Positions 1 to 11,935 of a stretch of 64,000 nt of DNA are shown here, in pieces; the first letter of the stretch is position 1, and every line of letters starts with the position of its first letter. The position numbers were made by a program, and so were the translations under genes. The notes beneath the pieces were generated by a model. That model worked only from the letters and a program-made list of their open reading frames with translations. It ran no database searches and was not told where the DNA came from. Source of the stretch: Podarcis muralis (Eukaryota); the NCBI RefSeq assembly GCF_964188315.1, contig NC_135658.1, positions 25,544,001-25,608,000 of the forward strand. The letters run 5' to 3'.

Positions 1-1688
1 ACACTGATGACAATTATGCATTCTTGTGACACGTGCATTCTCACAATAGCTTATCCTTTTCACATCAAGGCATGCACGCCACTGCAAGATGTTAACCATT
101 TCACACCAAGTCCTGTATATCATCCTGCCCAGAGTGGCTGGGGATGGGCGGCAGAGCAATCCTATAGTGGTGGTGGGAGATTCTATGGCAGAGCTTACTG
201 CAGCTTCTTAAGCCCTGACAGCCCCAAAAATATACTCCAGAGGGTTTGGGGAGCCACCAGAGGAGATTGGAGGCATGGAGAATACAAGGGGGAGGTGAGG
301 ATGGGAAGTAGCATTGCATCTGAGGATGTGATGTTGGATCTCACCCTAAATAAATATTATAGAGACAAAAATTGCATGGATATTGTGGATAAAAGCATTA
401 AGACATGGTGGAAAGTCCTTAGGTGCAATAATGATTTCTAGTACTGGAGCAACCAGACAATTCTACCATGACTTTTGATATAATCAGCGAAGGAGGACAC
501 TTATAACACAACATTTCCCTGTACTGAGATCCACCGTGTTTCACTGATAGAATATTTTCTCTTCTAATGAGTGAAAATGAACAGATGTGTTTATCTTTCA
601 TGGTTAATTATGGCTTTGTTTGTTGTTTTAACCCCCGACTATTAGACTAATCGATTCAAATTACCACAGTGTTCAGGAACCCATTAGGATACTTTATTGG
701 AGAACAGGATACTAATGGAATGTCATTTCAATATATTGGATCCTTTACTGAAATATTTTTCAGCACGAAACACTGGAAGAACTCATATTTCAAAACACAA
801 ACATGACAATCTAATCGCCATCCCTGCATCCCAATTATCTATTTCATTAATTCACAGAAATATTATGATTTATGCAAACGTATAATCTCTGTACACTGTC
901 TGCCACAGCAGGCTAACATTCAAACAGAAATTGAGCTAAGACTGGGACCACTGCCCAGTCAATTTCCTAAGATAAAGTGGAGCAAAAACACTGCCTTCAT
1001 CATAACATATGTTTATTGCCCAAAACTGAGCAGCTTGAAAAACTGGGAGATGACAACCCAACGCTTTGAAGGCAATTACAGCTGTGCAAACCCAGAATAA
1101 ATCAATTAAGGGCCACTGCACATGGAATTATTTGCCACTGAGAGGCCAGTATTCAAAAAGGTCACAGACAAATTCATTACAGAATGTCATATTGTCGTTT
1201 GTTTCTTAGTGAAAATAATTAAAGCATTAAACCCTCAGATTCCCAGCCTGAACTCCAGAGTGGGAGCAGCAGGTTCATTCTTCTTCCTCCTCCATGAATT
1301 TTGTGTAGAAGCAAATGTTATTTGGAAAAAAGAAAAGAAAAACCTACTTTTGGCTTGGGTAGTTCAGATGCTAGGCAGCCAATGAGGCAACTGCTTCTGT
1401 ATTGCATAGGTGGGGGGAAACACATGCACACATAAAGACACCTATGAATGTGTCTCCTTTGAAATTAAATAAAAAAAATGTTCTGACATATACAGCAACA
1501 GGGGGAGGATTAACTTCCAGACTTTTATTTGGAATTGCTGTCTGTTTTTAACTCTTTTCTTTCAATGAAGCATCCAGACAACAGCATTGTCAGCCCATTG
1601 CATTGTAATGTTTTATGTATTATCTATGGGTAAGGCCAATGGGGATGGAACATGCTTGGTGGGTATGGGATTCTGACAGAGTCCAAGC

Positions 1689-2033
1689 TGTTAGATAAAT
1701 TCAGCTCCGGTCCTCCGAGCTGATACAGCTCATCTTGGCTTGAGCCCAGCAGAGTAACACCCAGAGTCCGCAACGAAAGGATGAGGCAGGTATGGCTACA
1801 TTGCTAAGCTTTATTACTAAGCTATGCAGAGAGCATACAAATATACATCTTGTCTCTGTGAGAAGCAGAGAGCAACTCCAACAAAGAAACGACAGTACAA
1901 AGGAAACAGGAAACCAGTAACATCACATCCCGTCTCCCTTTCCCGTGGGAATCCAACAGTATCTGGACTGTGGAATGAAAACATAGTCCTGTGACTACCA
2001 GCAGCTGCTCAGTGAGGGAAACAGAAACCAACA
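1689..2033 (-). mobile_element. Solo LTR (345 bp)
   Basis: Termini TGTT...AACA. Exact 5-bp TSD CAAGC at 1684-1688 and 2034-2038. TTTATT near 1810 is a minus-strand poly(A) signal. Confidence 0.75.
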
Positions 2034-3531
2034 CAAGCCTCTCCCCACCCCGCAGAAGGGTGCCTCGCTTTTCTCATTGTCTTTGTGGGTGCTCGTCCCC
2101 CACTATTATATTATCGGGGGTGCCCAAGCACCCACATCCCCCTGGAGTTTGCTCATATGCAACCATGTGACAAAGAAGAAGGCATTGCCAAAATGGAAAT
2201 AACCAATGCTGAACTATTCCATTTCACTACAAATATATGTATACCGAAAAGAATCTGGATATAACATTGTATTCCCACTCCTTTTTATTTGAACATCCGT
2301 AACTGAAAACATTTGCAATGCTATGGCTCCTCTTTCTTATCTCGTCCCAACAGCGATAGCAGAATGAATAATTTGTTTATAATATTTGAGAATCATTGCA
2401 CTGATTTGCTTTCCTGTCCTTTGCCTGATGCATTCTTAAATCGCAATGTCGCTCAAAAGAGCCAATTAGAAGGCAACAATCCCACAAATTGCACTCCGTC
2501 ACTGTAGCTTAGTTTGTGCAGCCGTAGATTGCTAGTGCTGTCAATCAGCATTCCTAAAGGGTTGTTTGGTTCCATATTGCCCATCGTAGCATGTCTTGAG
2601 GTGAATTGCTATTTTCAGAATAAGCCCAAGCGGCTAAGTTTAGTCTACGTTTTAAGGTGGGCTGGATGGTGCAAATCCTGAAATGAAAAGGACATTTTCA
2701 GAATTTTGAACCAGTACAATGGAGTATCCTGACAGAGGGCGAGTTGGCTGGCAGGGCTGGTGAACATGGGCACACTGCAACTTTAAACAAAAAAACAAAC
2801 AGGTCTTACTTCTGTGTACTTACAGCAAACAATTCAACATGTCCAAAATGGAATGAACTTCAGTTCACGCCCATCCATTTCCAAAATAAATGAGTTCATT
2901 TCATGTTCAACTCAAGTTCACCCAAATGATCTTTGGTAACTGAACATGCGAAAGAGTGGGTGGTTTATGAGGAAGGGGACTGCTGGATTGAGTGGTCTGG
3001 GGCTGAGTGCTGAATTCTAAGTTAAAGAATGGCTGAGTCGGCAGGTATCCCCCATGTGACTGTAAATGTGTGAAGTGCACAGGTGAGTTCCCAGAGATGT
3101 GTGCAACAAGCTGGTAGTCAAAGTCCATTTTAAAGATAAAGACCCATAAGAAGGGAGAGTCGGAAGGGGTCTTGAAGTTGCCCATCAACAGTTAGCACCT
3201 AGACATCAGACTAAGCAGGCACACAGGTTGCTTGGTTACTGCCTGACCCACTGTGGTATCGTATTTCCATTAAAATTACGATTATTATGGGATTAAGGAT
3301 TATGGGAGTTGTAGTCCAGCAGCATCTGCACAGCCACAGCTTCCCCATCCCTGCCATAAATAAATAAATAAATAAATATTAAGTTGCAGTTGCCTCTTAT
3401 TATTACTACAGCAAAACCCATCCTCCCAGCTTTCTGAAGAGGTGAGGTCAGTTTTCGTCAGAGTTCACATCCCTTAAATTGTCATGTTACAGTTGTGTGG
3501 CAGTTCCTGTTAACCACGTGCAATCATAGCA

Positions 3532-3608
3532 AAGAAGAAGAAGAAGAAGAAGAAGAAGAAGAAGAAGAAGAAGAAGAAGAAGAAGAAGAAGAAGAAGAAG
3601 AAGAAGAA
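3532..3608. repeat. (AAG)n microsatellite, about 25 units
   Basis: Uninterrupted AAG run read directly from the sequence. Confidence 0.98.
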
Positions 3609-4722
3609 ACCTCCTTCTTTGCACTATGCTAATCCACAGAAAATGTTTCTTTTTTGTTTCACCTCCCTTGCTATTTTTAGTTTTTAGTAGTTAAGTTTTC
3701 TATCAATGCTAATTGCCACACTTGTCACTGTCACATGCTCTAAGAATTTCCAATGTTTAGTTATTACTAGCCTGGCTGCTAATAAGATCTGGGCGATAAA
3801 ATGCTTAAAACACATGTTCATATATGATTAGGTAAAATTTAGTTTTAAATTGTTGTCATTTCAAAATTTCATCTTGGGCTTTCTATCCAAAACCATTTTA
3901 TTTCTCACATTTATCCATCCCACCATTTATCCTCAAAGCAACTTGATGTTTGCAACATGATGTTTAGACAGAGACATGGAGACTGGTCCAAGGTCACCCA
4001 GTGAGTTGTTGTGGCTGGCTAGGCACAAACTGGAACCCAGATATTTTCCAGTGATGGATCCAGTTTCTGTAGACAGAAAGTGCCTTTTAATAAAGTTCCA
4101 TTCTCCTCACTCAAATCCCAGGGGGCGTGGAGGGTTTCCTTGCTTTATTTTAACACACATAAATAATCACAGAGTTCCATTGTTTTCCTTCCCACTAATA
4201 TTTCCCCATTCTAGTACATTGAAATCTCTATGCTGTCATTTCGAACAATGCTTTTAAGAGGGCCTTTATGTGCCTCTCTGTGTATTTAATATAATTTATC
4301 CCCCTAATTCTGTATCCTAACAATCTGTGGTTATTCTCTTGTTTTCCACTTTGCTATGTGAAACAGTTTATTTTACTCACTCCCTCTCTGCTTGTTTTAT
4401 ATGGTTATAAACCATATAAGCACACAATGTTCTATCCAAACCAGGCATCTCTATTTTATCGTTTGCCTGCAAATAGGCTTCTATTATTTTACTTTATGCG
4501 CATGTAAGGATACAGATTTCCCCCCCTCTACTTAATGTTCCACAGCTCTTTTTTTATATCTCTGCATATTCATTTTACTTCAGTTGCTATACTATATATG
4601 TCTCAGTTAATTTTCAAAAGAGCTCTGAAAGCTAGTTAAAGAACAAATCCATTAACAGATGCAGGATCATTGCATTAACTATGAAGGGCTAGCATAAAAT
4701 TGTTAATGTGAACAGGGTAGGG

Positions 4723-4742
4723 ATATATATATATATATATAT
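4723..4742. repeat. (AT)10 microsatellite
   Basis: Read directly from the sequence. Confidence 0.95.
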
Positions 4743-5060
4743 CCTGAAATGGAACTGTTACAGGTGCCACAAAATGCCAATTGATATCAGGCAGACATAT
4801 TCACTGTCATCTTTTGAGCACCTGCTAAAAACTTATTTGTTTGGTCAAGCTGAACCAGAACATTGGCATGTGTTTTAAACAGGTTTTTAGCTTATTGGTG
4901 ATTTTAATTGTTTGTGAATGTGCTCAGTCAATGGTTCCCAATTAGCTAAGTACCGCAGACCCCCTGATTTTCAAAAGCCAAGCCATCTCAAACTTTTGAA
5001 AATGTGGATATCTCTAGAGTAGTTTTTGTGATGTGTATGGTGCTGCAGACCCCCTGTGGT

Positions 5061-5284
5061 CAGTGGCGAAGCTGCATGCTCTGGCATCGGGGGGGGGGGG
5101 TGGAGAGCAGGTGGGGGCATGGCTGGTGTGCGTCCCAGGGGTGTGGCGCACCACCTGTGGGGGTGTGGCGCCCAGCATGGTGGGGGATACGCGGCGCGTG
5201 TCCGGGCAGCAGCATTAATGGTACCCTCCCCTCCCCGATGGTGCCAGGGGCGGTGCGCTCCTCCCCCCGCTTCCTCTGCCAGTG
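5061..5284. mobile_element. GC-rich non-autonomous hAT element
   Basis: Starts CAGTGGCGAAGC. Exact 8-bp TSD CCTGTGGT at 5053-5060 and 5285-5292. Confidence 0.7.
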
Positions 5285-5940
5285 CCTGTGGTAGTTGTTT
5301 TTACTGATAATTTCATTATTTTATTCTTGTCGTAAACCACTTTGTGGTTTGTTTATAATCAAGCAGTACATAAATGCTGTAAATAAATCATTGACTCCAG
5401 TAGTGGATGAATGGAGGAAATGTATGGACACAATTTAGCTGTTAATATTAGCCATGCGATAATGGTAGTCAATACGACAAGGGTTTTCTCTGCCCAAGCC
5501 ACACATGTCTCTGCCACTGAACTCACACCCTCCTGGATCACTTTTGCCTGGTTGTGATGTGTCCACGCACTTAAGGGGCCATAGGATGATGGTGATCAAC
5601 CTGGGACTGTCTTCCTCAAACCAGTCACACCCACGCCCAAAAGACCTGTCTCACTAGGGTCCTAGCACAAAGAAGGTAGCTTAATGGTTTCAGGTTTTTG
5701 TTTTTTTTGTTTGTTTTTTTTGCAGCTCCTATGGAAGGACAGGAAAAGATCTCCTTGGGAGTAAAGTGGACTGGCTGGACAGTAAGCCATCTCCTTCCTC
5801 CAGTTTCTGCTTCACCAACTTTCTCATGCAGCTGCTGAAGTTATGGGTAACCCAGAGGAAGCAAGGTGGTGGAAAGGTCAGAGAGCTTGGCTGCCCAGAG
5901 AATACTGAGATGGGAGATGTGGTAGAGTATCTGTAGAAAC

Positions 5941-6270
5941 AGGGACGCGGTTGGCGCTGTGGGTTAAACCACAGAGCCTAGGACTTGTCGATCAGAAGGT
6001 CGGCGGTTCGAATCCCCACGACAGGGTGAGCTCCTGCTGCTCGGTCCCTGCTCCTGTCAACCTAGCAGTTCAAAAGCACGTCAAAGTGCAAGTAGATAAA
6101 TAGGTACCGCTCCGGCGTTTCCGTGCGCTGCTCTGGTTCGCCAGAAGTGGCTTAGTCATGCCGGCCACATGTACGCCGGCTCCCTCGGCCAATAAAGTGA
6201 GATGAGCGCCGCAACCCCAGAGTCGGCCACGACTGGACCTAATGGTCAGGGGTCCCTTTACTTTTACCTT
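5941..6270 (+). mobile_element. Sauria SINE, near full length
   Basis: tRNA-derived head GGGACGCGG... with B box GGTTCGAATCC, ACCTTT-type tail, and exact 13-bp TSD TATCTGTAGAAAC at 5928-5940 and 6271-6283. Confidence 0.92.
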
Positions 6271-7739
6271 TATCTGTAGAAACGGTCATTTAAGTGGCCA
6301 AGGAGTGGTGGAAGAGCTTGTTCATTATGTATTCAGAAGTTGTTTTCTGTGCAGGGTAATGGTATTTCCCTGACCTCCTGTCACTGGCACCACTGCAGTT
6401 TACCAGGAGGAGGAAAGCGGAGTTAATAAACAGAGGAAACAGAGCACACAGATCAAGGATTGTCTTCTCACACTTGTCTCCAACCTTCACAGGTGCCCCG
6501 TGCAAGAGAGAATATTGGAGATGAGCCTGTGGAACTCCTGCAGAGGTTCATCCTAGCCACCCTCTGGAGCCAGCCATGATTCCAAATATGTCACACCAAA
6601 TTCTCAGATCAGTATGCTGCATTTGATGCATGGCTGCCTCTGAAAGCAGCAGCCCAGGTCTCCTCCTCCCATGGGTCAGTTTCTCTGCCCACTGCTCAAG
6701 TGCGGCTAATGAAATGGGGCAGGAGCAGGGAATGCGATGACACATTGAGTGCTCTTAAAGGAAGCAGAAGAGACACACAGCTGCTGTTTTCAATAGCAGA
6801 CCTGTGTCCAACGTAACATCTAATCCTGGCTCAGAATGATTGCATTGCTCGCTGTGACATTCCTGTTAACCAGTTCTGTTTCCTTCTCTTTTTCTCCCTA
6901 TTGACAAATCTTTGTTCACTTTCAAAAGAACCAGCATTTCAGGTCAAGGAAGAAATGTCATTTATCTCACGACCTTGTTCTACTCTTGCTCCCTCTCCTA
7001 CAATCATAAGGAAACTGATGTCAAACTGTGAAAGAGCCTTTTCGTTAAATTGTGTTTAGTTCTGCAGAATCCTGCTTCTACTACTGGGGTCACCTACATT
7101 TTTGTCACTTAAAAACTGGGTTTTATTTTACTTTTGTCTCCTTGGACATCAGCATGCATAAGATTGCATGGATGCGTTTAGCTTTGCAAAGGGCTGTTCA
7201 TTCTTTTTGTAAATTCTGGGCTGGCTGTTTTATATTATAATGGATTGTTTCCCAATGCAGTGCAAATTTGAGTCATAAATCTGTAAGATGATGTGTATCA
7301 GCTTCCTTGTCCTTCTGGTGGGGGGGGAGGAAATGGAGTGCATCTATGAGAGATATCTGCTAGCAACTGTGCTACACAGTCAATCAACTAATGAAGTATT
7401 TTCCTGAGAAAGCTATTAAGCGAATGACTGCATGACTGGACACAATACTGTGTCAATCCTAGCATCAAAGACAGATGAGAGTTGAAGCTAAGAGGGAAAG
7501 TGTAGGTAATCTTCTGCACTGTATTTTGGGTTTTATAGTGAATGTGTTTAAAGAAATCAGTTGCCGTATTTCACCACATAATTGTCGCCACCACATTTTT
7601 CCAGCCCTAAAATTGGTTCCATAGCTTTCATGCCATAATAGTTGCAGAGTATAATTCAATAGCAGGAGGATCCACAGAGCCGGGCTAGCAGTAGCCTTGA
7701 TTCAAACCTATTACACTTCTTAGGTGTGTATACATCTTT

Positions 7740-7805
7740 GGACGTGGGTGGCACTGTGATCTAAACCACTGAGCCTCTTGGACTTGCCAATCAGAAGGTT
7801 GGCGG
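7740..7805 (+). mobile_element. Sauria SINE 5' fragment
   Basis: Matches the head of the 5941 copy, then runs directly into a TAGG repeat. Confidence 0.75.
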
Positions 7806-7844
7806 TAGGTAGGTAGGTAGGTAGGTAGGTAGGTAGGTAGGTAG
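7805..7844. repeat. (GTAG)10 microsatellite
   Basis: Read directly from the sequence. Confidence 0.95.
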
Positions 7845-8289
7845 ATTATAGATAGTTAGTTATTGGTATGTGTTTTCCTTTTTGTAAATCTACCAAATAA
7901 TAAAATAAAATTGGGATTAATGGGTTTTCTCAGGACGGTGGAGGGTGTGTGTTCTTTGGGCCCTCGGTTAAGTGGTTGTGACACTCACCCTTCTTCTGAT
8001 AGGAAATGTTTTGCGGGGGAGATGGCAAAAATGGGGGGTTAGTTGGGGAGGGGAGTGAGATCCATCTGAGGAATGTTGGGGGGGAGTATGGGCTGTATGC
8101 CTATGAGTGGCTGAACACAACCACTGCTGGTATGTGGCTCCCAGAGGGTTGGCTAACAGGGAATGCGACCCTTGAACCTAGAGATTAGTCACCCTTCCGC
8201 TACACCATGGTTGAAGCAAACAAATGGAGATACGAAATGTCCTGGGCGAGGAAGGATGGAGGGGCAGGGATGGGGGGAAATCTCTCTTT

Positions 8290-8870
8290 CCTAACCATGT
8301 TCTGCCTGCACTGACTCTGTGGCTATGATGAGCTTGTTGGCATCCGTCTGCCTCGAGAGACAATGAAGTGCACCGCGGGAGTCAAACTCTGTTGTTTTTG
8401 CTGCATTAGCAGCACCAAAGTGACCTCTCCGGGGACAAAACCTGGGCAGTGTGTGTGGAGGTCCTGGGCTGCCCAGATGACAAGATGCCCCTCCTAGCCT
8501 CACTGATGGTGGTCCAAAGGAAAGAAGAGCAATATGTTTGGCACCAGCCTGGCTTCAGGAGTTGCTGAAAGAAGGCAGACAAGGTGCCATAATTGTCTTA
8601 GGGACGCCACTCTGGATTTGTGTAGGGTTTCTTTTTTACTCCTTAGCCGTTTCTTCTCCCGAAGATGTCCCACAAGACAGCAGAGGTTTGGGATCAGATA
8701 TTTCCTTCTCCTGGGTGGGCTGCCTTCCCATCTGCACCCCACTTTCCTCTACAGCACGTGCAGAAACTGCCATTGAACTCACTGTTGGTCTCACCAGAGC
8801 CTCACTGAGGGTTTGTGACCCATTGGCTACCCTCAGCTGGTTTATCCAGCCAGCAAAAGCCGCTTCCCAG
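8290..8870 (-). mobile_element. Probable degraded 5' leader of an RTE-clade LINE
   Basis: Minus-strand motif GGGAAGGCAGCCCACCCAGGAGAAGGAAA...CTGATCCCAAACCTC resembles vertebrate RTE 5' UTRs as I recall them. No intact ORF. Confidence 0.4.
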
Positions 8871-9062
8871 CAGTGGCGTCGCAAGGGGTGGTGGGGGGCA
8901 GTGCGCCCCGGGTGCCATGTCTGGGGACTGACAAGAAGGCACCCCGCAGGGACTCCCAGTGGCACGAGCAGCCATCGCGTTGCCACAGCTGCATGTGGGG
9001 GGTCCTCCGCAGCTGCAGCCATGAGCAGAGGATCCCGGAGTTGGCAGTAAACCACTATTTAC

Positions 9063-9348
9063 AGCGCATGTGTGGCATCGCACGCATGCGCTGTACGTAA
9101 CGGTGCTGCACGTGTGCTGTACATAGCGGTTTGCCGCCAGCGCTGTATGGACGGCATTGTGATCCCTCTGTTGCTGCTACAGCTGCACGTAGAGGATCCT
9201 CTGTTCGCAGCTGTAGTGGCAGCGGAGGGATCCTGGAACCGTCCATACGGCGCTGGAGTGGCAGCGGCGGCAAACCAGTATGTATAGTGCATGTGCAGCA
9301 TTGCTATGTATGGCGCATACGTCATACATAGTGACGCCACACATGTAC
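9063..9348. repeat. About 290-bp imperfect palindrome, probably an old MITE
   Basis: Arms pair around the 12-bp centre AGAGGATCCTCT (9191-9202). For example 9161-9186 pairs with 9207-9232, and 9103-9125 with 9279-9301. Confidence 0.85.
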
Positions 9349-9373
9349 CCTATGTAGCGACTCCCCACCCCTG

Positions 9374-9823
9374 TGTCAGGAGTTCAGCCTACACTCAAGT
9401 AGGACCCTGGCAGAGACACATGCCCGACTCACATGTTCCCTCCCTCCTGGTCGATCGTTCGGGAGCTTCATAAGATTTCTTCAGCCCGAACATCACAGCG
9501 ACTGATGCCAACCAACACTGGCACACTTAGGGATCCGCAGAGTTTGCACATCATGCGCGTGACAGAACCCCAGCAACTCAGCATTTTGACTAATCTACTT
9601 TATTTACATATTAACACAGAGAGAGCACTGCAACATGGCTCCCTCTCTCTCTAGCATCAGACAGCAAAGAGAGAAAGAACAAAGGACAATAGTCCCACTT
9701 CACGGAACACAGTAACATAAACATCCTGTCTCCGTCACTTCCCACTTTGTGGAGTCAAAATATATACCATCATGCGATAGACAAAAATCCTATGATTGCA
9801 ATCATGGATCAAGAATTCTAACA
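9374..9823 (-). mobile_element. Solo LTR (450 bp)
   Basis: Termini TGTCAG...CTAACA. Exact 5-bp TSD CCCTG at 9369-9373 and 9824-9828. TTTATT near 9599. Confidence 0.75.
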
Positions 9824-10854
9824 CCCTGGTGTCACGAAGCCTTCGTTTGCCCCTGCTTCCCAGCATGTGGCTGCAGTTGCATACAGACAGCTTCTAGGAG
9901 CCACAGATGAGAGCTGAGTGCAAGTGGGGACAAAGCTGGACAAACTACCCCAGAAGAAGCCCGACATGTCCGCCACCAGAGGTACTATCTCTACCCTAAC
10001 ACTCAAACCATAGCTTCTTTTTTTCAGGGGCTTTTTGGCTTAGCATTGAAAGAGAGCAGCAGAGTTATGACCTAGGTAATTCCCCCTTAGAAGTGCTGGC
10101 TGCCTTCTGGGCTCTATCTAATTGCTAACGAGCCACCACAGGGAAACTAAGGTAATAAGACTCCGTTGCCAGTCACCTTGGCCAGTGGAGCAATTTGAAG
10201 TTATAGCTGTACGAAGATATGAGGGTTTTTTCCCAGTGTGTGCTATGAAGCTATTGGATATTGCAAGGAATGCCCTACAGAGAAGACGTGCTTATTCCAC
10301 AGTGCCTCCCAAACTTTCGAAAAACATGCCCTCCTTGATTCCTTTGAAGACAATAGTAATGACATGGCAAGTCAGAATATTGCTATGATTTTGTTAGATT
10401 TGCCAGTTTGGGGCTAATAGCTTAGCAGGTTGCTGTCTGACAGGTGCTAACAAGAGTATGCAAATCCTTCCATTCCTCACTCGCTTAGCTATTATCAGAG
10501 TAAGAGGAAATCGAGCTTCTGAAATACCTATAAACTTTGATTGAACTAAATTATTTAAATACTAGAATTTTATAGGCTATTTTTAGCCTAGGACTTGTTG
10601 AATCTTCCAAGCGACCTCCTCGTGTCTGTAGCAGCAGCGATCAAGGCACTGGTTTAGCCAAATCCATATGCAACGCAAGTGTCTAATGCAGATACGGTTC
10701 AAAGAGGCACTTTGCAGAGGGCAAACCCATCTGCGTATCAAGCTGATCTTAACACAGCCACCCAGGTGCTCTGGTGTGGAATGCAAGACTTGCATTTTGA
10801 GTACAGTAGAGCTACTCTAGTACTTCCTGGTTTATACAGAGCAACCCAAAGCAG

Positions 10855-11017
10855 CAGAGGAGCCAGCTCCTAGGGGCCAAGGAATCTTCAACACACATCC
10901 CCTAAAATTGATGGGCTTTGCCATTCAAATGGTGTGCGTGCACCGCATCATGTGATCAGTTATGCAGGGCAGGGCTTACCTGGGCCCCGCGGTATCTCAT
11001 TCAAGTTGGCACCCCTG
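10855..11017. mobile_element. Non-autonomous hAT element, same family as 32413-32610
   Basis: Ends CAGAGGAGCC...GGCACCCCTG. Exact 8-bp TSD CAAAGCAG. Confidence 0.8.
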
Positions 11018-11289
11018 CAAAGCAGGATGGGTAGGGAAGCGATGGATGAGTGACTACTTCCAAAGCCCTGATGTCTTGCGCCAGCCATGATAGGGGAGGA
11101 GCGTTTATTTTTGTAACGAGTGCTCCAGAATTCCATGGGTAAAATGCCTCTAAGGGAAATGGAGTGGTTTTTAATCTGGTGGATCCAAGGCTGCGTCTGC
11201 CCTGTCCCCAAAATGCCCCATTTGGACAAAATGAACTGGACTTCTTGGCAGGTTTTGAATAAACATTCACAAACCTTTATTGATAACAG

Positions 11290-11495
11290 CTAGTTAGATA
11301 AATGAAGGATCTGTACAATTTTGTAACATGCAGAGAATAACATTTGTTGATAAACCAGAGAGAGGAGCTTAGGGAAGTCTGGGGGGGTTACATTTTGGGG
11401 AGGGGGAGGGGAAATAGGGGGGAATTAAGGATGATATGTATTTTGATAAAATGTTTTGTTGAAATTCCTAATAAAAAAAATATTTTAAAAAACAC
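11290..11495 (+). mobile_element. Possible L1-like LINE 3' UTR and A-rich tail
   Basis: G-rich tract followed by AATAAAAAAAATATTTTAAAAAA. Family assigned by resemblance only. Confidence 0.35.
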
Positions 11496-11682
11496 AGTTT
11501 TAAAAAATGGCCCATTTGGGGCCTCACACTGGCTACCAATTGCCTAACCCCCACCAGAAGTAGAACTGCACCCACAGCCCCATCCACGGGCATAGTCAGG
11601 GCTTCTGCAATGGACATGGCTCCTCTGTCCCAACCTAAATCCCTCCACATGCTACAAAGGATGGATGAAGCTGCATCTAGCT

Positions 11683-11935
11683 CGTGGGTAGGCAAACTAA
11701 GGCCCGGGGGCCAGATCTGGCCCAATCGCCTTCTAAATCTGGCCCACGGACGGTCCGGGAATCAGCGTGTTTTTACATGAGTAGAATGTGTGTTTTTATT
11801 AAAAATGCATCTCTGGGTTATTTGTGGGGCATAGGAATTCATTCATTTCCCCACCCAAAAAAAATATAGTCCAGCCCCCACAATGTCTGAGGGACAGTGG
11901 ACCGGCCCCCTGCTGAAAAGGTTTGTTGACCCCTG
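11683..11935. mobile_element. hAT (Charlie/Buster-type) MITE
   Basis: Inverted copy of 38329-38579. Flanks TCTAGCT and GCTAGCT form a degenerate TA-centred TSD. Confidence 0.8.

Noticed and set aside
7-441. 144-aa ORF at the window start
   Set aside because: No recognisable motif or splice support. The composition looks non-coding, possibly with a LINE remnant at the end.
1000-2650. Homeobox-motif-rich, repeat-poor stretches (about 1100-1400 and 2300-2600) resembling conserved non-coding enhancers
   Set aside because: This is an impression only and cannot be supported without a multi-species alignment.
5941-6030. tRNA-like A/B boxes (also near 36975-37048)
   Set aside because: These are the tRNA-derived heads of Sauria SINEs, with no complete cloverleaf.
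10577-10586. MEF2 consensus sites (CTATTTTTAG here; CTAAAAATAA at 20613-20622)
   Set aside because: Perfect matches near a muscle gene, but a degenerate AT-rich 10-mer is expected many times by chance in 64 kb. Conservation or chromatin data would be needed.
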